The translations under genes and the position numbers were made by a program. Positions 20,537-32,952 of a stretch of DNA of 64,000 nucleotides are shown here, piece by piece. The notes under the pieces are model-generated. The model saw only the letters and a program-made list of their open reading frames with translations. It was not told the origin of the DNA and did not search any database. This DNA comes from Basidiobolus meristosporus CBS 931.73 (Eukaryota > Fungi > Basidiobolomycota): contig MCFE01000241.1 of assembly GCA_002104905.1 (NCBI GenBank), forward strand, positions 1-64,000, in the 5' to 3' direction. Within the stretch, counting starts at the first letter, position 1. Every line of letters starts with the position of its first letter.

Positions 20537-21709
20537 TCAACAAGTTGTCAAACAAGAGCGCTGGCATGTGGCAATTGTTTGACCACGACCTTCCAAATGT
20601 AAATAGGCATAGGTAGTGTTTGGTGAGTTCCCCAAATAAACCACCCGGCTCAATGCAGGAATCTCGCCAATGAGTATCTTGCCATTCACATCTTGATACA
20701 GCCTTGTAACTCTAGTAGTCTTCCTAAACTGGTCTTTTCTGATATCTCTTAATGAATGCCTTGAAATGTATCCCACAATCTCGCCAAACTTGGAAAGTAT
20801 GTTGGCGCTGTTTTGAGAGGGCAGCACTGGTAGAACCGTATTTGAAGGAACTGCTTGCATAACACTTGTGCCATAAGGATCATAGTAAATGTTCGTCTCT
20901 TCCTGTGTAACAGCATACACAAATGTTTCGTCTTTCTGCCTATACTCCAGATTGCCAAGCGTGAACTTGACAACTTGATCCCTTCCAAGGAGCAGATGCC
21001 CAGAAAATCCATGCCGTATGCCAAGCAGAATCTCCCTATAAAATTTGTTCAAATGTGGTATACTGAACACTACCATTGGCTGTTGGTTGGTGATAGCCGC
21101 TTGGAAATACACTGGATGGAAGAGTATACATGTTGCCCCACTGCAGATGGTTCCCTGAATGATGTTCTCACTGAACACATCTTCTAGGCTACGAAGGTCA
21201 AAGTGAAAAGTGGTTGATAAAGCCCTAAAGAAACCTTGCAGGGGGCCGCGCAAATTATTTTCAATCCTCTGGACTATTTGGCAGATTGTATCAGAACCAT
21301 AGTAGTATTCTGCTTCCTGCGTGTCTTGACATTTTGTAATCTGAACCAACACAGATGGATGATCCACATAGAACATATCCAACAATGCGGACCTAGGGCT
21401 AGTGCCTCTCACTGCAAAAATGGCGTTCAAGTGGTCTTCAATGGATTGTATTAGGCTTACTTGAGAAATTATGTACGTAAATCGGCGGAACTCGAAGTGA
21501 TAGCTGGTATCTAGGAGTATATAACCAGTGGCGATATATCTTTCCCCAGAACACACACTAAAGAGAAGCCTGGTGACCACATCATGCGGAGTAAATGCGG
21601 TTGTGGCATCCTGCTTGGTGAACGTCATTTGAAAGCCATGTTCTGGGTACTCAAGAATGGTGCTGGGCTCATCAAGTAGATAAGGTTGAAAGAGATCTTG
21701 GAAATTCAT
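20537..21709 (-). CDS. Intronless 390-aa orphan protein; C-terminus resembles two SH3b-like domains
   Basis: Long uninterrupted ORF in CpG-normal DNA with an in-frame stop just before the ATG; a GTAAGT..GCTAAC..CAG intron lies upstream, possibly in the 5' UTR. The SH3b resemblance is by eye only. Confidence 0.6.
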   Translation of the reverse strand: MNFQDLFQPYLLDEPSTILEYPEHGFQMTFTKQDATTAFTPHDVVTRLLFSVCSGERYIATGYILLDTSYHFEFRRFTYIISQVSLIQSIEDHLNAIFAVRGTSPRSALLDMFYVDHPSVLVQITKCQDTQEAEYYYGSDTICQIVQRIENNLRGPLQGFFRALSTTFHFDLRSLEDVFSENIIQGTICSGATCILFHPVYFQAAITNQQPMVVFSIPHLNKFYREILLGIRHGFSGHLLLGRDQVVKFTLGNLEYRQKDETFVYAVTQEETNIYYDPYGTSVMQAVPSNTVLPVLPSQNSANILSKFGEIVGYISRHSLRDIRKDQFRKTTRVTRLYQDVNGKILIGEIPALSRVVYLGNSPNTTYAYLHLEGRGQTIATCQRSCLTTC

Positions 21710-24676
21710 TTAGATCTGATGAAAGGACGGAATACTTCAGGAGATGTCTGGACGCTGGTTTTATTGCGGTTAGCCCCAACAATCCCATGACTTACACCCT
21801 ATTGACTGTCTCTCCCGGGGGTGACTGTCTTGATCCCCAGCACATTAGTCCGTATCACCATGGTGCATCCCGGTGTTGTCAAATCCAGTTGCTACGCATG
21901 GTACCATATCCCAATAGGGATTGAATAGGTAAAAAAATACCGGAAAACAATGTTGCCTTTGATAAATTCAGTTGTCAGGAATGATGAGTGTTTCAGAGTA
22001 CTCCATATGCTTGCTGCGGGAAAAAACGAATCATTCCCTTGACAGCACTGGTGAGGTCATTCAAATCAACGATTGAATTGATGCTTGGCGCTTTTGGTTT
22101 TCAAGCACACTGAATTGGATCAATATCATCACTTGCCCACAGCATCTGATGCTTGAACTTAATTTTGTCATAGCTGTCAACGTTATCATTCTGTCAAAAA
22201 CAATGGGAAGTAAATATCATTGGATGCACAAAAGATGGATGCTGCAGCTGTAGTGGGTATCTTGAAGATACCTGTGGCTCTACAGATTTAATTTGATGAC
22301 TGATTGAATGTAAAGGTGGCATTATTCGCTACCCAAAAATTGGGCAATGTATCAGTAAAGTATAAGGCGGTCATAAGGTCATGTGAACAGGTTTGGGGCC
22401 CTTTGGTCAGCTTTAATACAATATTACTGTGCAGAGTCCCACCACATGGGTGATATCGTCAAAACCAATTCCTGTCAGAAAATAAGGACAAGAAATACTA
22501 AAGCTTATTACTATGTTTGTCCAATGTAAGCTTACTCTGACTAGTCTAAGGCTCTAGCAAAATAACCCTAGACTACCATTGCTTTCTACCACATAATCTC
22601 AACTTCTAGATGTTTTAGCAATGGGTACTTCAGTCCATCTAACCAATCTCTCATTGCTTTGTAGGGTGTCAATATGTACTGCAGCATTCTTCAGCTTAAA
22701 ATGCATAAACTAGTGGCTAAAAAAAGATTCAAGGCACCGCATGCATGTGTGTACACATATTCCATTAGAATTTATTGCAAATAAGTGGCCAACTACCTAA
22801 CTTGTATATGGTGTGGATTCAGGAAAAAAGACTGAGTTTGTACAAAATAGAGTTACTTCATGTATTTTAGAGTCTTTGGTAATCGTAGCAAAAATAAGAT
22901 GTATGCATTGCTGCTTATTTATCCACAAAAGATCCCCACTGCATTCTCAGGGTTGTGCCTAACATTCTGATTTAGCTCCATCTATAAAATCAGTAACTAT
23001 GAAAAATCTTGTACATAATTTCAATGACACTACGCTGGTATTCTGGCAGTATTTTATTGGTGTTCAGCTGATGTTTTTCCTTCAATCATTCATATTAGTG
23101 GAAGCAATGAGTAGAAGGTTTGTACTGTTCATGGGAATTACAAAGCCAATAAATCTACTTTGAGTGACATTAAACCCCCAGAACAAACTAGCAATGGAAT
23201 GCACTGCAAATCTAGCCATTCACCGAATCCCTTCAATACTTTCAGCATGAAGCATAATACATCGCACCATGCGCTAAGAAGTATATTTACCCATATACTA
23301 CCTAGAAATAAGTACCATCTCGTATCAGCACGGAGGAAGAGTAAATTGAAGTACATGTGTATGATGTGTAGAAGCAGCATATCAAAATAGAGGATACATC
23401 AATGTGTCAAAGTATTGGAAATCTAAATGAAGTATGCTTGATTGATATTTGAGCGTGGGCACGGTTCTGGGGAGGTATAGAATTTTGGTTGTTTCAGAAC
23501 ATCGATCTATCTTCCAAACAGTAATACCTGATGATGAGCAAAAACAGCGGAAACCAACTATGGCTAATTCATTTATAGACAATATCTGTGTGATCTATTG
23601 TCTTTGTGCGGCCTTATTTGTAGTGTATGTTAAGGTCAGATAACTCGCCACGGTTGAGATATCCCGGTTTGCAACAGCACAAATTGGCACAGAGCTATTT
23701 TTAGTAATACCGACCGGATTATGATCTGTGGTGTCTCATAGGCTGCAGATCACCGATATACCATGTGCAAGCCCCTATACTGGTGGTGTATGGCAGTAAC
23801 CAAACTCCCTTACCCAGTGGGCGCATCACCTGTGCCTCATGAGGGCATCCGCGATGAGGGAAAATCCATATGGGCTTACAACATGAGTCCGCGTCTGATT
23901 TCTGGAACTGGCTTGGGTTTGGCTACAATCAATAAGTAAGCGATCGAGTGCGAGGTACTGGTAGTGTGCGGGGGGCGGGGTGGCCTAAGAGATGGTCACG
24001 GTCGGATAGTCGGGGCTTCAGATTGCCCCAGAAACCACCGTCTATTGAGTAGGTGGCTTACTGAAAATGACTGTGTCAAATCTCGCTTGCATTGGGCTGT
24101 ATCCTCCCCATCAAACCCTTTAGAACGGATTGCCAATACGATGACTCACAGCCAGATTACCGCAAGCACTGCATCACAACCCAAGAAAATCAGGTATCAG
24201 CCTCTAGGCTTGACCAGTGCATGTGGCCAATGGTGACTGACCATCGCAAGATAATGTGGCACTTTCAGCAGTATTGATTTGGAGGATCAGAAACTTGCCC
24301 ACAGCCGACGCCCGGAGCGAGAGAATCGCCCTTGTCACCAGTGAAAATCAATATACACACGGCAGTGTTGATGTCTCACTCCCAGGATTCCCAGCATTGC
24401 CTTCTAGGCAATGAGATGGGGATGAGTGCTCTTGGACGCTCTGCGGCTAGGATCCAATTGCCCCATTTGTACAACCTGTTCATTTTACACATGTGGTGAT
24501 ACCTGGGTTTAAATATACTAATGGCTTATATTGCAGTTGCACAATGAATTCCATCATCATTATGTTGTGAGCACCCTGTACCCGCTTCTTGGATTCTCTG
24601 CAGTATATCATCGGCGCGGTGGTGCCTCGGAGAATGCTATTTACTCATTTCCCGTGTACTCCCTCCACCCAGCATC

Positions 24677-27600
24677 ATGCCTACAGCCTTCTGTGACTCG
24701 GAGGGATGGGCTGTTTTTAGTTCCCAGCGCTCGATGGATTTTACGACGTGCTTTCAAGATAGGTACTTCAACCATACTCGTCTCTCACGGGGATTCTTGG
24801 CCGTATTCTAACGCCCTTGTCAATCGACCTTCAGCGTCATCACCTTGATTCCTAGCCTGGTTCTACTCATCCTCTTATCACCTCGCCTTCTCCATGTGAT
24901 TGGTAAAGGCCGCCTCGAGGGTGTTCGAACCAACGCAGTGTTCTATGTTAAGATGCTGGGAGTCTTGGCAACCTTTGCAGTCCAACTGGCACTGCTAATT
25001 GAGATTGCGACACAGCCTGAAGGGTTCGGAGCCTCCGCGGTACTGTCCACGGTCTTGTATTTGCTCTCTATCGTAAGTGGGATACCATATTTTCTGGAAA
25101 GGCAGTGCAAAGCTTAGGCTCGTATTGGATTTCTGTTTATATTTGTGTGGCCTTCAACTCGAGCTCTCTTATTCATTCCCTCAATTTTCCCGAGAACAGC
25201 TTGGGGCGGCCTTGTTGGACTACTACGAGTTTTTCAACATGGTCCATCCTTCCAGTGGCCTCATCCTCTACTGGCTTTTCACCTGGTTGATCTCCATCTT
25301 CCCTACCAGGTCCTGGGCCTTGAGCTCACCAAACGGCCTCCACGATGAGATGCCCTTGCTCAAGCTCGTCTTCACGATCCTGGCATTTGTCATCTTTCTG
25401 CTCGAGAACGTCCCAAAGCCTAACCGCGGCATGCTTAAGCGCCCCAATGGCGAGCTTGTGATCCAGTCAAACCCATCCCCTGAGCCAGCATCCAACTATT
25501 TCGCCAAGATCACGTTCTTTTGGGTACTGCCGTTGCTGAGACTGGGGAAGAGAAAGGCCCTGAAGATGGAGGATATATACAGTGTTCATCCAAAGCTGCT
25601 CTCGTATCCGTTGTACCTGACCTCCAAAGCCAAGATGGATGCGGACGAGGCCATCGTGTTACAGCAGATCAAGGATGCTAAAGAGAACAACGTCGCCGCC
25701 AAAGTCGAGAAGGGAAAGATCAACCTTATCGGAACAGTTTTACACACCATCGGCTATGGCTTCATGGCTGCTGTGGTCCCCAGGGTTCTCTACATTTGCG
25801 CTCTCTACGTCCGCCCTGCCTTATTCTCCAACCTGATTGCTTTCGTGACCAGCTACAGCGAGGCGGCTAAGCTCAGCGGCACGCAGCCACAGGATCCCTG
25901 GGTTGGGTATGGTTTGCTGATCGCCGTGTTTACCACCGCGGTGCTAAGCAGTTTGTTTGACGGTCAATACCAGAACATCTGCTATAACTCCAGTCTTAAG
26001 GCCCGCGGTGTCTTGGTCACGCTGATCTACAGAAAAGCCTTGCGCCTTAGCTCCACGAACAAGCAGGAAGGCATGGGATCGATCGTGAACCACATGAGCA
26101 CGGATGTGGACAACCTTGTGAACTTCTTCCAGTTGGTTCATCTCTCGTGGAGCTGTGTCGTGGAGGTAATCGTGGTGCTTGTGCTCCTCTACGCTCAAGT
26201 CCGTTTTGCCGTCTTTGCCAGTGTTGCTGTGCTGGCTGTCATGATGGTCACCTGCGGTGTCGCGACTCCCAACTTTTCAAAGTACCAGGGGGCCATGATG
26301 AAGAGCTCGGACAAGCGCATGAAGCTCATCTCCGAGCTGGTGAACTACATGAAATCCATCAAACTCTATGCCTGGGAATCTTACTTTGTCCAAAAGATCG
26401 AGAAAATCCGGTTAGAGCAGCTGAATAACCTTCGATCATCCTACTACTGGATTACCTTCGTGTGTGTCCTCATGAACTCGATCGTGCCCTTTTCTACGTT
26501 TGCCACCCTCTGTGTGTACACAGCCATAGCCACCGAGTCGGAGCCCCTCAACATTCAACGCATCTTCACGACCATAACTCTGTTGAACATGCTGCAGGAG
26601 CCTGTCGAAGCTATCAGCAGTTCACTGACCGCCATCTTTACCGGCAAGGTCGCCTACAGCCGTCTGAGAGACTTTCTGAACTCCGAGGAGATCGACGATG
26701 AGAACGTGATCAAGACTGCAGATAAGACTGCCTCCGAACTGGCGTACCAGATTCGGGACGGTACCTTTGGGTGGTACACCCCTGAGGCCATTCGAGCGGC
26801 AGCGGACAAGAGTGAGAAGGAATCCTCGGAGAAGGCGACGGGCGAGACCAGGGAGGCTGGGGATATCAAGGAGAAACAAAATGGTAAGATGGAGGCCGAA
26901 CTTTCGGATACGAAAACCGTCACTGCCTCCTCGACAGCCGACGAGAAGCCATTGGTAAAGGCTGAGGCTGAGGCTGATGGCCCAATCGAAAATGCAACTG
27001 ACAAAATGGGACCAGTGTTGCATGATATCAACCTGCAGATCAAACGCGGATCTCTGACTGCGGTGGTCGGCCGAGTCGGCGAGGGGAAATCTTCATTGGT
27101 GGGGGCGTTGCTGGGCGAGATGCATCGCTACTCTGGATCAGTTCACGCGTATGGATCGCTGGCATATGTGGCTCAATCGGCCTGGATCTTGAACGACACG
27201 GTGCGCAACAACATCTTGTTTGGCAGGCCCTACGACAAGGAGAGGTATCTAAGCACCATCCGGGCCTGCGCCTTGGTCCCCGACCTGAAGATGCTGATAA
27301 ACAGTGACAAAACCGTCATTGGCGAAAAGGTAGGGTGATTCAGCAGCAACCAGAGTGATTTCGATCCGCAATTCTCACCAACCCTGTTTCTTATTGAAAA
27401 CTCGCTCGTAGGGTATCAATCTGTCTGGTGGCCAAAAGCAGCGCATCTCCATTGCCCGGGCTGTCTATGCAGACGCGGATGTTTATATCCTGGACGACCC
27501 CCTGTCCGCAGTCGACGCTCATGTTGACAGGCACATTTTTGATCACGCGCTGTCAACCATCCTGGCCGGGAAGACTCGTGTCTTGATCACTAATGGCGCC

Positions 27601-29706
27601 AAGCATTTGCACAAGGTCGATCAGATTGTGGTTATCAAGCAAGGAAGGATCTCGCAGGATGGCCCATATGACGCGCTGATCACAGATGTTGAAGGCGACC
27701 TGTTCCGACTGATCCATGAGAGCCAGGCTGTTGCAGCAGCCAAGGAAGAGTCCCGGCGCGCGGAAGGGGAGGAGGCCGGGGGGTCCAGTGATGACTTGAG
27801 TGCACCGTCTGATGAAGACAAGGCTGCCCATAAGGTCCAACGCGATCTGGATCGTTCCGAGATGAGGCCATCAGATCCATCCACGATTGACGGGGATGAC
27901 ATCGAGTTGGATGAAAAGGACGAGGTTGATGAAGAAGTCGTCGCACAGGGTAGTGTCGGATGGAGAGTCTACCGATTTTATCTTTCCACCGTGAACGCGT
28001 TTGTCTTGCTCTCCTTCGTTTTTGTCGCGCTCTGCTACCTAGTCGTCCAGATCATGACACAGATCTGGTTGCAGCGCTGGGGTAACGAAAATACCCTAGC
28101 CGAGGCACAGAACACAGCACCCCCACACTCGACGCAATACTGGATCCTGACCTACTTCGCATGGATTCTTTGCACCGCCATCATACTGACCTTTACGGTC
28201 TTTGCCTCAATGACTATCATGGCTCGGAAGGCCTCCAAGAAGCTGCATAGCAGTATGCTGGGGCCACTGATCCGGTCCCCCATGAGCTTCTTCGATGTCA
28301 CCTCGTCTGGCAAGATCGTCAACCGTTTTGCCCACGACATCACTGCGGTGGACATCAGTTTACCCCTCCAGTTCCTGAACCTGCTATTTTTTCTCATGAT
28401 GGCTGCCAACATCTTCGTGTTCTGCATCATTGCCTCGCCTTACTTCGCCCTGATCATGATTCCCTTGGCCTACGGATACTACATCCTTGGAGGGTTCTTC
28501 CTGGTCTCCAACCGGGAACTGAAGCGACTGGACTCCGCAGTGCGTTCACCCATGTACGCGCATTTCGGGGAAACCCTGGAGGGCCTGGTGACTATACGGG
28601 CCTATCGTGACGCGGACCGCTTCGCTATCCAGGCCACCACCTTCCTCGACCGATCCCAGCAGACAGGCTACTTGATCAACTCCACGAAACGTTGGCTGCA
28701 GATAATGCTTGACCAGATGAGTGTGCTCGTCCTTTGTCTGGTCGCCCTCCTGGCCATTGTGCAGCGCAACTCCTCCAGCTCCTCCTTTTTCGCCGTGGTG
28801 TTGTCCCAGATCGGGTCCTTGACCATTGTGATGAGCCAGATCCTGAGCCAGTGCTGCAATCTGGAGACCTCGGTTGTCTCCGTGGAGCGTATCAGGGAAT
28901 ACTCGGAGCTCAAGCCCGAGGCCCGGGATGTGATCCCCGATTCCACCACTGATCCCGACTGGCCGCAACGCGGGGAGATCTCCTTCAACAATTACTCCAC
29001 ACGGTACCGCGAGGGTCTGGACTTGGTTCTGAAGGGGGTCAATTTCACAGTGAAGGCCGGAGAGCGGGTCGGTATCGTCGGCCGCACCGGGGCTGGCAAG
29101 TCCAGTGTGACATTGGCCTTGTTCCGCCTTATAGAAGCCGCCGAGGGAACAATCACCATCGACGGCCTGGACATATCCACTTTGGGTCTGCGGGAACTCC
29201 GGTCTAGATTGACCATCATCCCGCAGGATCCATTCCTACTCGCGGCCACCGTGCGGGAGAATCTCGACCCGTACAACAGGTACACAGACGCAGAGCTCTG
29301 GGCGGCGCTAGATTCCGCATCGCTCAAGAGCTACGTCTCCAGCCTGCCGGAAGGCCTCTCGGCCGGGATAGAAAACGGTGGCGAGAATATGTCCCTCGGT
29401 CAGCGGCAATTGATGAGCCTTGCCCGGGCCATGCTGACCAAGGGGCATGCGCACATCCTCTGTCTCGACGAAGCCACCGCGGCCATTGACATCGAGACGG
29501 ACAATGCGATCCAACGAGCGCTGAGACGGGAGTTCACCAACTGCACCGTGCTCACCATCGCCCATCGCATCAACACCATCATGGACAGCGACCGAATCCT
29601 GGTCTTGGACCAGGGCCGCGTCGTGGAGTACGACAGCCCTCAGGTGTTGCTCAGCAATCCCGAGGGGATCTTTTACAGCCTAGCTACCAAGAGTGGGAGT
29701 GCTTAG
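24677..29706 (+). CDS. ABCC/MRP-family ABC transporter (Ycf1/MRP1-like, with TMD0), about 1582 aa, 4 exons: 24677-24762, 24835-25072, 25200-27329, 27412-29706
   Basis: N-terminal FC..W..DFTTCFQ. NBD1 has GRVGEGKSS, LSGGQKQRISIARA and YILDDPLSAVD. NBD2 has GRTGAGKSS, MSLGQRQ, LCLDEATAAID and TIAHR. Three GT-AG introns keep the frame (4749 nt). Confidence 0.93.
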
Positions 29707-30607
29707 GATTCGCTTCCGACCTGGCGCTCACCAGGAACTTCCCAGATGCTTTGGAAGTGGCAACCAGCACCTAGTACATAGCATGTGGCATACAGCATTA
29801 GCCTTGGTATCTCCTCGGATGATTCGAAAGAACCATTCAACGTTGCCCCGCTGTCCCAATCTCTACCCCCCCCCCCCCGATATTGTCCCTTCACTCACGA
29901 ATTCAATTTTCGCATCAGTCTATCTTCGGAATGGACAATTGGAGAAATAAATTTTTGATAGGTTCCTCCTTACGCTGTCTTTGCATCATCAGCTACGGAC
30001 CACCGGGACATGTGATATTGTGTAACGTGCTCCTCCATGCATATGGTATGGGGTGAGCCTGACGATCTTTCCTTTTCCAAACCGAAACCCCCCAGTCACG
30101 AACCAAACCCCATGGACACGGCAACGGGATGCGATTGGTGTGGTGGTAGGGGGGGGGATCCACCGGTGGTCGTGTCACACCATTGTGCCATGAGGGGACT
30201 TGGAGGTGAGGTACGGCCCTCACATGATTGTGCTTGGTGGACCATTTCCCAAAATGGGTGCCACCGAACTGATCACCCTGGACAGCGGGATTGGCCAGGT
30301 GGTGTCCGGATTTATGCCGCCTCTGGGTCTCAGGCCATTTCGTGGGACGCTGTTAATGAAGAGCACCACCAACATCTTCTAATCATCTCCCCCACACATC
30401 CCAACCATAAATCCATGATAGCCAGCGATTTCATGAAGCGGGATTCCTTCCAGGTTGCTCGGGGATCTGTTGGACAGATGATTGCCGGGATTTCTCTCAC
30501 CTGTGGTAAAGATTGGGTCCCAATCAAAGAAGCTCGGAGGTACCTCATTCAATATGACTGGGCCTGTTGCAGCAAGGTGGCGTGGGTAAAACTCCACTAA
30601 ATTTAGC

Positions 30608-30917
30608 CCCTGTGAAAATTCTCATCACTTGGAGTTCATTGGATAATCTGCTGGTATTCAAATGGTATTTTGTTGGCATGCAGCTGGTGTTTTTCCTCTA
30701 AATTATTAGATGCAAATCCTGATATAAGTCATGTGTAGCTTATTATCAAATTTGGTATGGATGTCAGTTGGCCTAACCTCATGCTATAAAACAGGTCTTC
30801 TTGTCTGTCAAACAGCTAGAACCCATTTTATCAATCATTGCAGGTTCAGAAATACTTGGAATTCTGCTGATACTATGATGATTTTCTGCTGGCCTTTAGT
30901 TGACTTTTTCCCAAGGG
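30608..30917. mobile_element. CCCT-ended MITE (CACTA/CMC-type)
   Basis: CCCTGTGAAAA ... TTTTCCCAAGGG imperfect TIR; body similar to 2450, 49159 and 51204. Confidence 0.55.
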
Positions 30918-31185
30918 TAGCTCCATAGATGGTCTGGTGCATATGCCAACATGTGGAGGCCATCTTCATCCCATTGCATCAGGAATTGTTATTGGGCTTC
31001 TACCTGCCTTTTCTTAATTACATGGAGCATTTGCGCTCCTAATCACTTCCATTATATCAAGGGCTCTTGCTGTTAGTTGCTTGAAGGGATTTGCCATTTG
31101 TGGCTTAGATTTCACAAAAAACCTGCTGAACACTGCCTTTGAAAACAACAGTGACAATCCTGTTGAACAGCCATCACAAAACTTA

Positions 31186-31540
31186 GGCCCCATACACAAA
31201 AGAAAATAATGCTGTTGCAAGAGTCTTGGAGATGCTGAAAGTGATTTGGAGTGCAACTGGGTAATGTGGTTGTCACTTAATGGTTTATTGTATGTGAAAG
31301 TTGCACTCCTACATTACATGGTCTTGGCAAAACAAATATGTGGATTATTTTAAGAAAGGCCCCATACACAAAAGGAAATAATGCTGTTGCAAGAGTCTTG
31401 GAGATGCTGAAAGTGATTTGGAGTGCAACTGGGTAATGTGGTTGTCACTTAATGGTTTATTGTATGTGAAAGTTGCACTCCTACATTACATGGTCTTGGC
31501 AAAACAAATATGTGGATTATTTTAAGAAAGGCCCCATATA
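31186..31540. repeat. Near-perfect 172-bp tandem duplication containing a copia LTR-A end
   Basis: Units start GGCCCCATA at 31186, 31358 and 31530; only one mismatch seen between the two full units. Confidence 0.9.
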
Positions 31541-32950
31541 CAAGTGTGCTAGTTTGGGGTCTTGAAATAAAGTAATGGGCACCTTTTGACATAAGCCTAA
31601 GTACTTAAGAAGCTTTCTTAACTGTATTGCTTTGATTGTAGCTTCACAGGCTGCTATATGCTCTGCTGCTGTGGTCAAAAGTGCAAGGGTTTGCTGCTCT
31701 CTTGAAATCCATGATATTACTCCTTTAGAGTAAAAAAGGTGTATCCTGTGGTGCATCTTCTGTCTTCTAAGTTTTGTCCCCAATCACCATCAGAGTATCC
31801 CACAAGATTCTGTTCTGAATCCCTATGAGTGTATCTTAAGCAGATATCAGCAGCTCCTTTTAGATATCTAAAAATCTGCTTAACTGCTGCAGTATGATCA
31901 GATACATTGCTCTGATTATGCTGGCTGACAACTCCCACTGAGTATAAGATATTTGGACATGTTCCAAGCATGATATACACCAGACTGCTAACCATGGATT
32001 GATAAGGTAATCCCTGGCTTTCATATGGTACTAGTTATGAATAGACACAGGGCAGGAGTGTAGAGCTAGGCAAGGCAACACCAGGAAAGGACTTTAGTCT
32101 GGATCAACAAGGCAAGGCTGTTTATTTAAGACCTGTGTCAATCTGACTGAGGACTTTGCAAGGGGGGACAGGACTATATATTCTATTTGGCAATATAGAT
32201 GCTAAGAGATATTGGCAAATACTGAAGGAGTTCAGGGGTGTGGCACAGTAAGTGTGCCAAGATAGCAATATATTCAAAAACAGACTAGGATATCATGTGC
32301 AGATATGCCAAGGGTCAGCTGATCATGCCACTAGGTCATGTGACATGTGATACTGAAATAATCATTTCTGGGATATTCATGGGCACTGATTCAGGGTGAC
32401 CCATAGTCATAGAGTCCTGTGGAGTGAAAAAATACTCTGTGTTTGGGGCTGATTAAATCCTGACTATTGGTGCATTTGAGACCAAATTTTTGTCATCATG
32501 TCATACCATATTTTGTAAAAAATCCAAGTTTTCATCAAAGTCACATTCCTGGACTTTAGCAGCTTCTTTGCTTCAGTGCTATACAGTTTGTATGCCTCAC
32601 CTTAATGCAGTAGCCTAAAAATATGCCTTTAGCACTTTTTGGCTCAGATGATGACTGATTTCTAGGAGGTTTCTTCACATTTGCTGTGCACCCAAATATT
32701 CTTAGATACTCTGCACTCTGTTTAAAGTCATACCATACTTCAAGTGGAGTAGAATCACAATGTATTCTGCTATAACTTCTATTTTTGAGATACACAGCTG
32801 TAGTAACTGATTCTGCCCAAAAATCATGGGATTATTTTTGAGTATCAATCATGAGTCTGACCATGTTCATTATTGATCTGTTTGCACATTTTGCCACTTC
32901 ATCCTGCTGTGGGGAGTATAATACACTAGTCCATTACTTTATTCCATAGA
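31540..32950 (-). mobile_element. Internally deleted copia pol remnant (integrase, RT end, RNase H)
   Basis: YTPQQ..ANRSIMNMVR, YLKNR..TPLEVW..YLRIFGC, SRNVTFDEN, FRYLKG..GYSDGDWG..DRRCTTGY. Split by an LTR-like insert at about 32000-32465. Confidence 0.8.
32000..32465 (-). mobile_element. Probable solo LTR, family B
   Basis: Interrupts copia RT; inverted homolog at about 42560-42820, which has TATA-like and AATAAA motifs on +. TSD not resolved. Confidence 0.5.
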
Positions 32951-32952
32951 TT

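Noticed and set aside
21950-24600. Several 60-90 aa ORFs between the orphan gene and the ABC transporter
   Set aside because: No motifs or consistent splice model; treated as intergenic/promoter DNA.
25105-29582. Many 60-140 aa ORFs overlapping the ABC transporter on other frames or the antisense strand
   Set aside because: Expected shadow ORFs of a GC-rich coding sequence; no independent motifs.
30037-30600. 187-aa ORF; an overlapping frame has HMIVLGG, reminiscent of a kelch repeat
   Set aside because: No repeated kelch spacing, start context or other motif; left unannotated.
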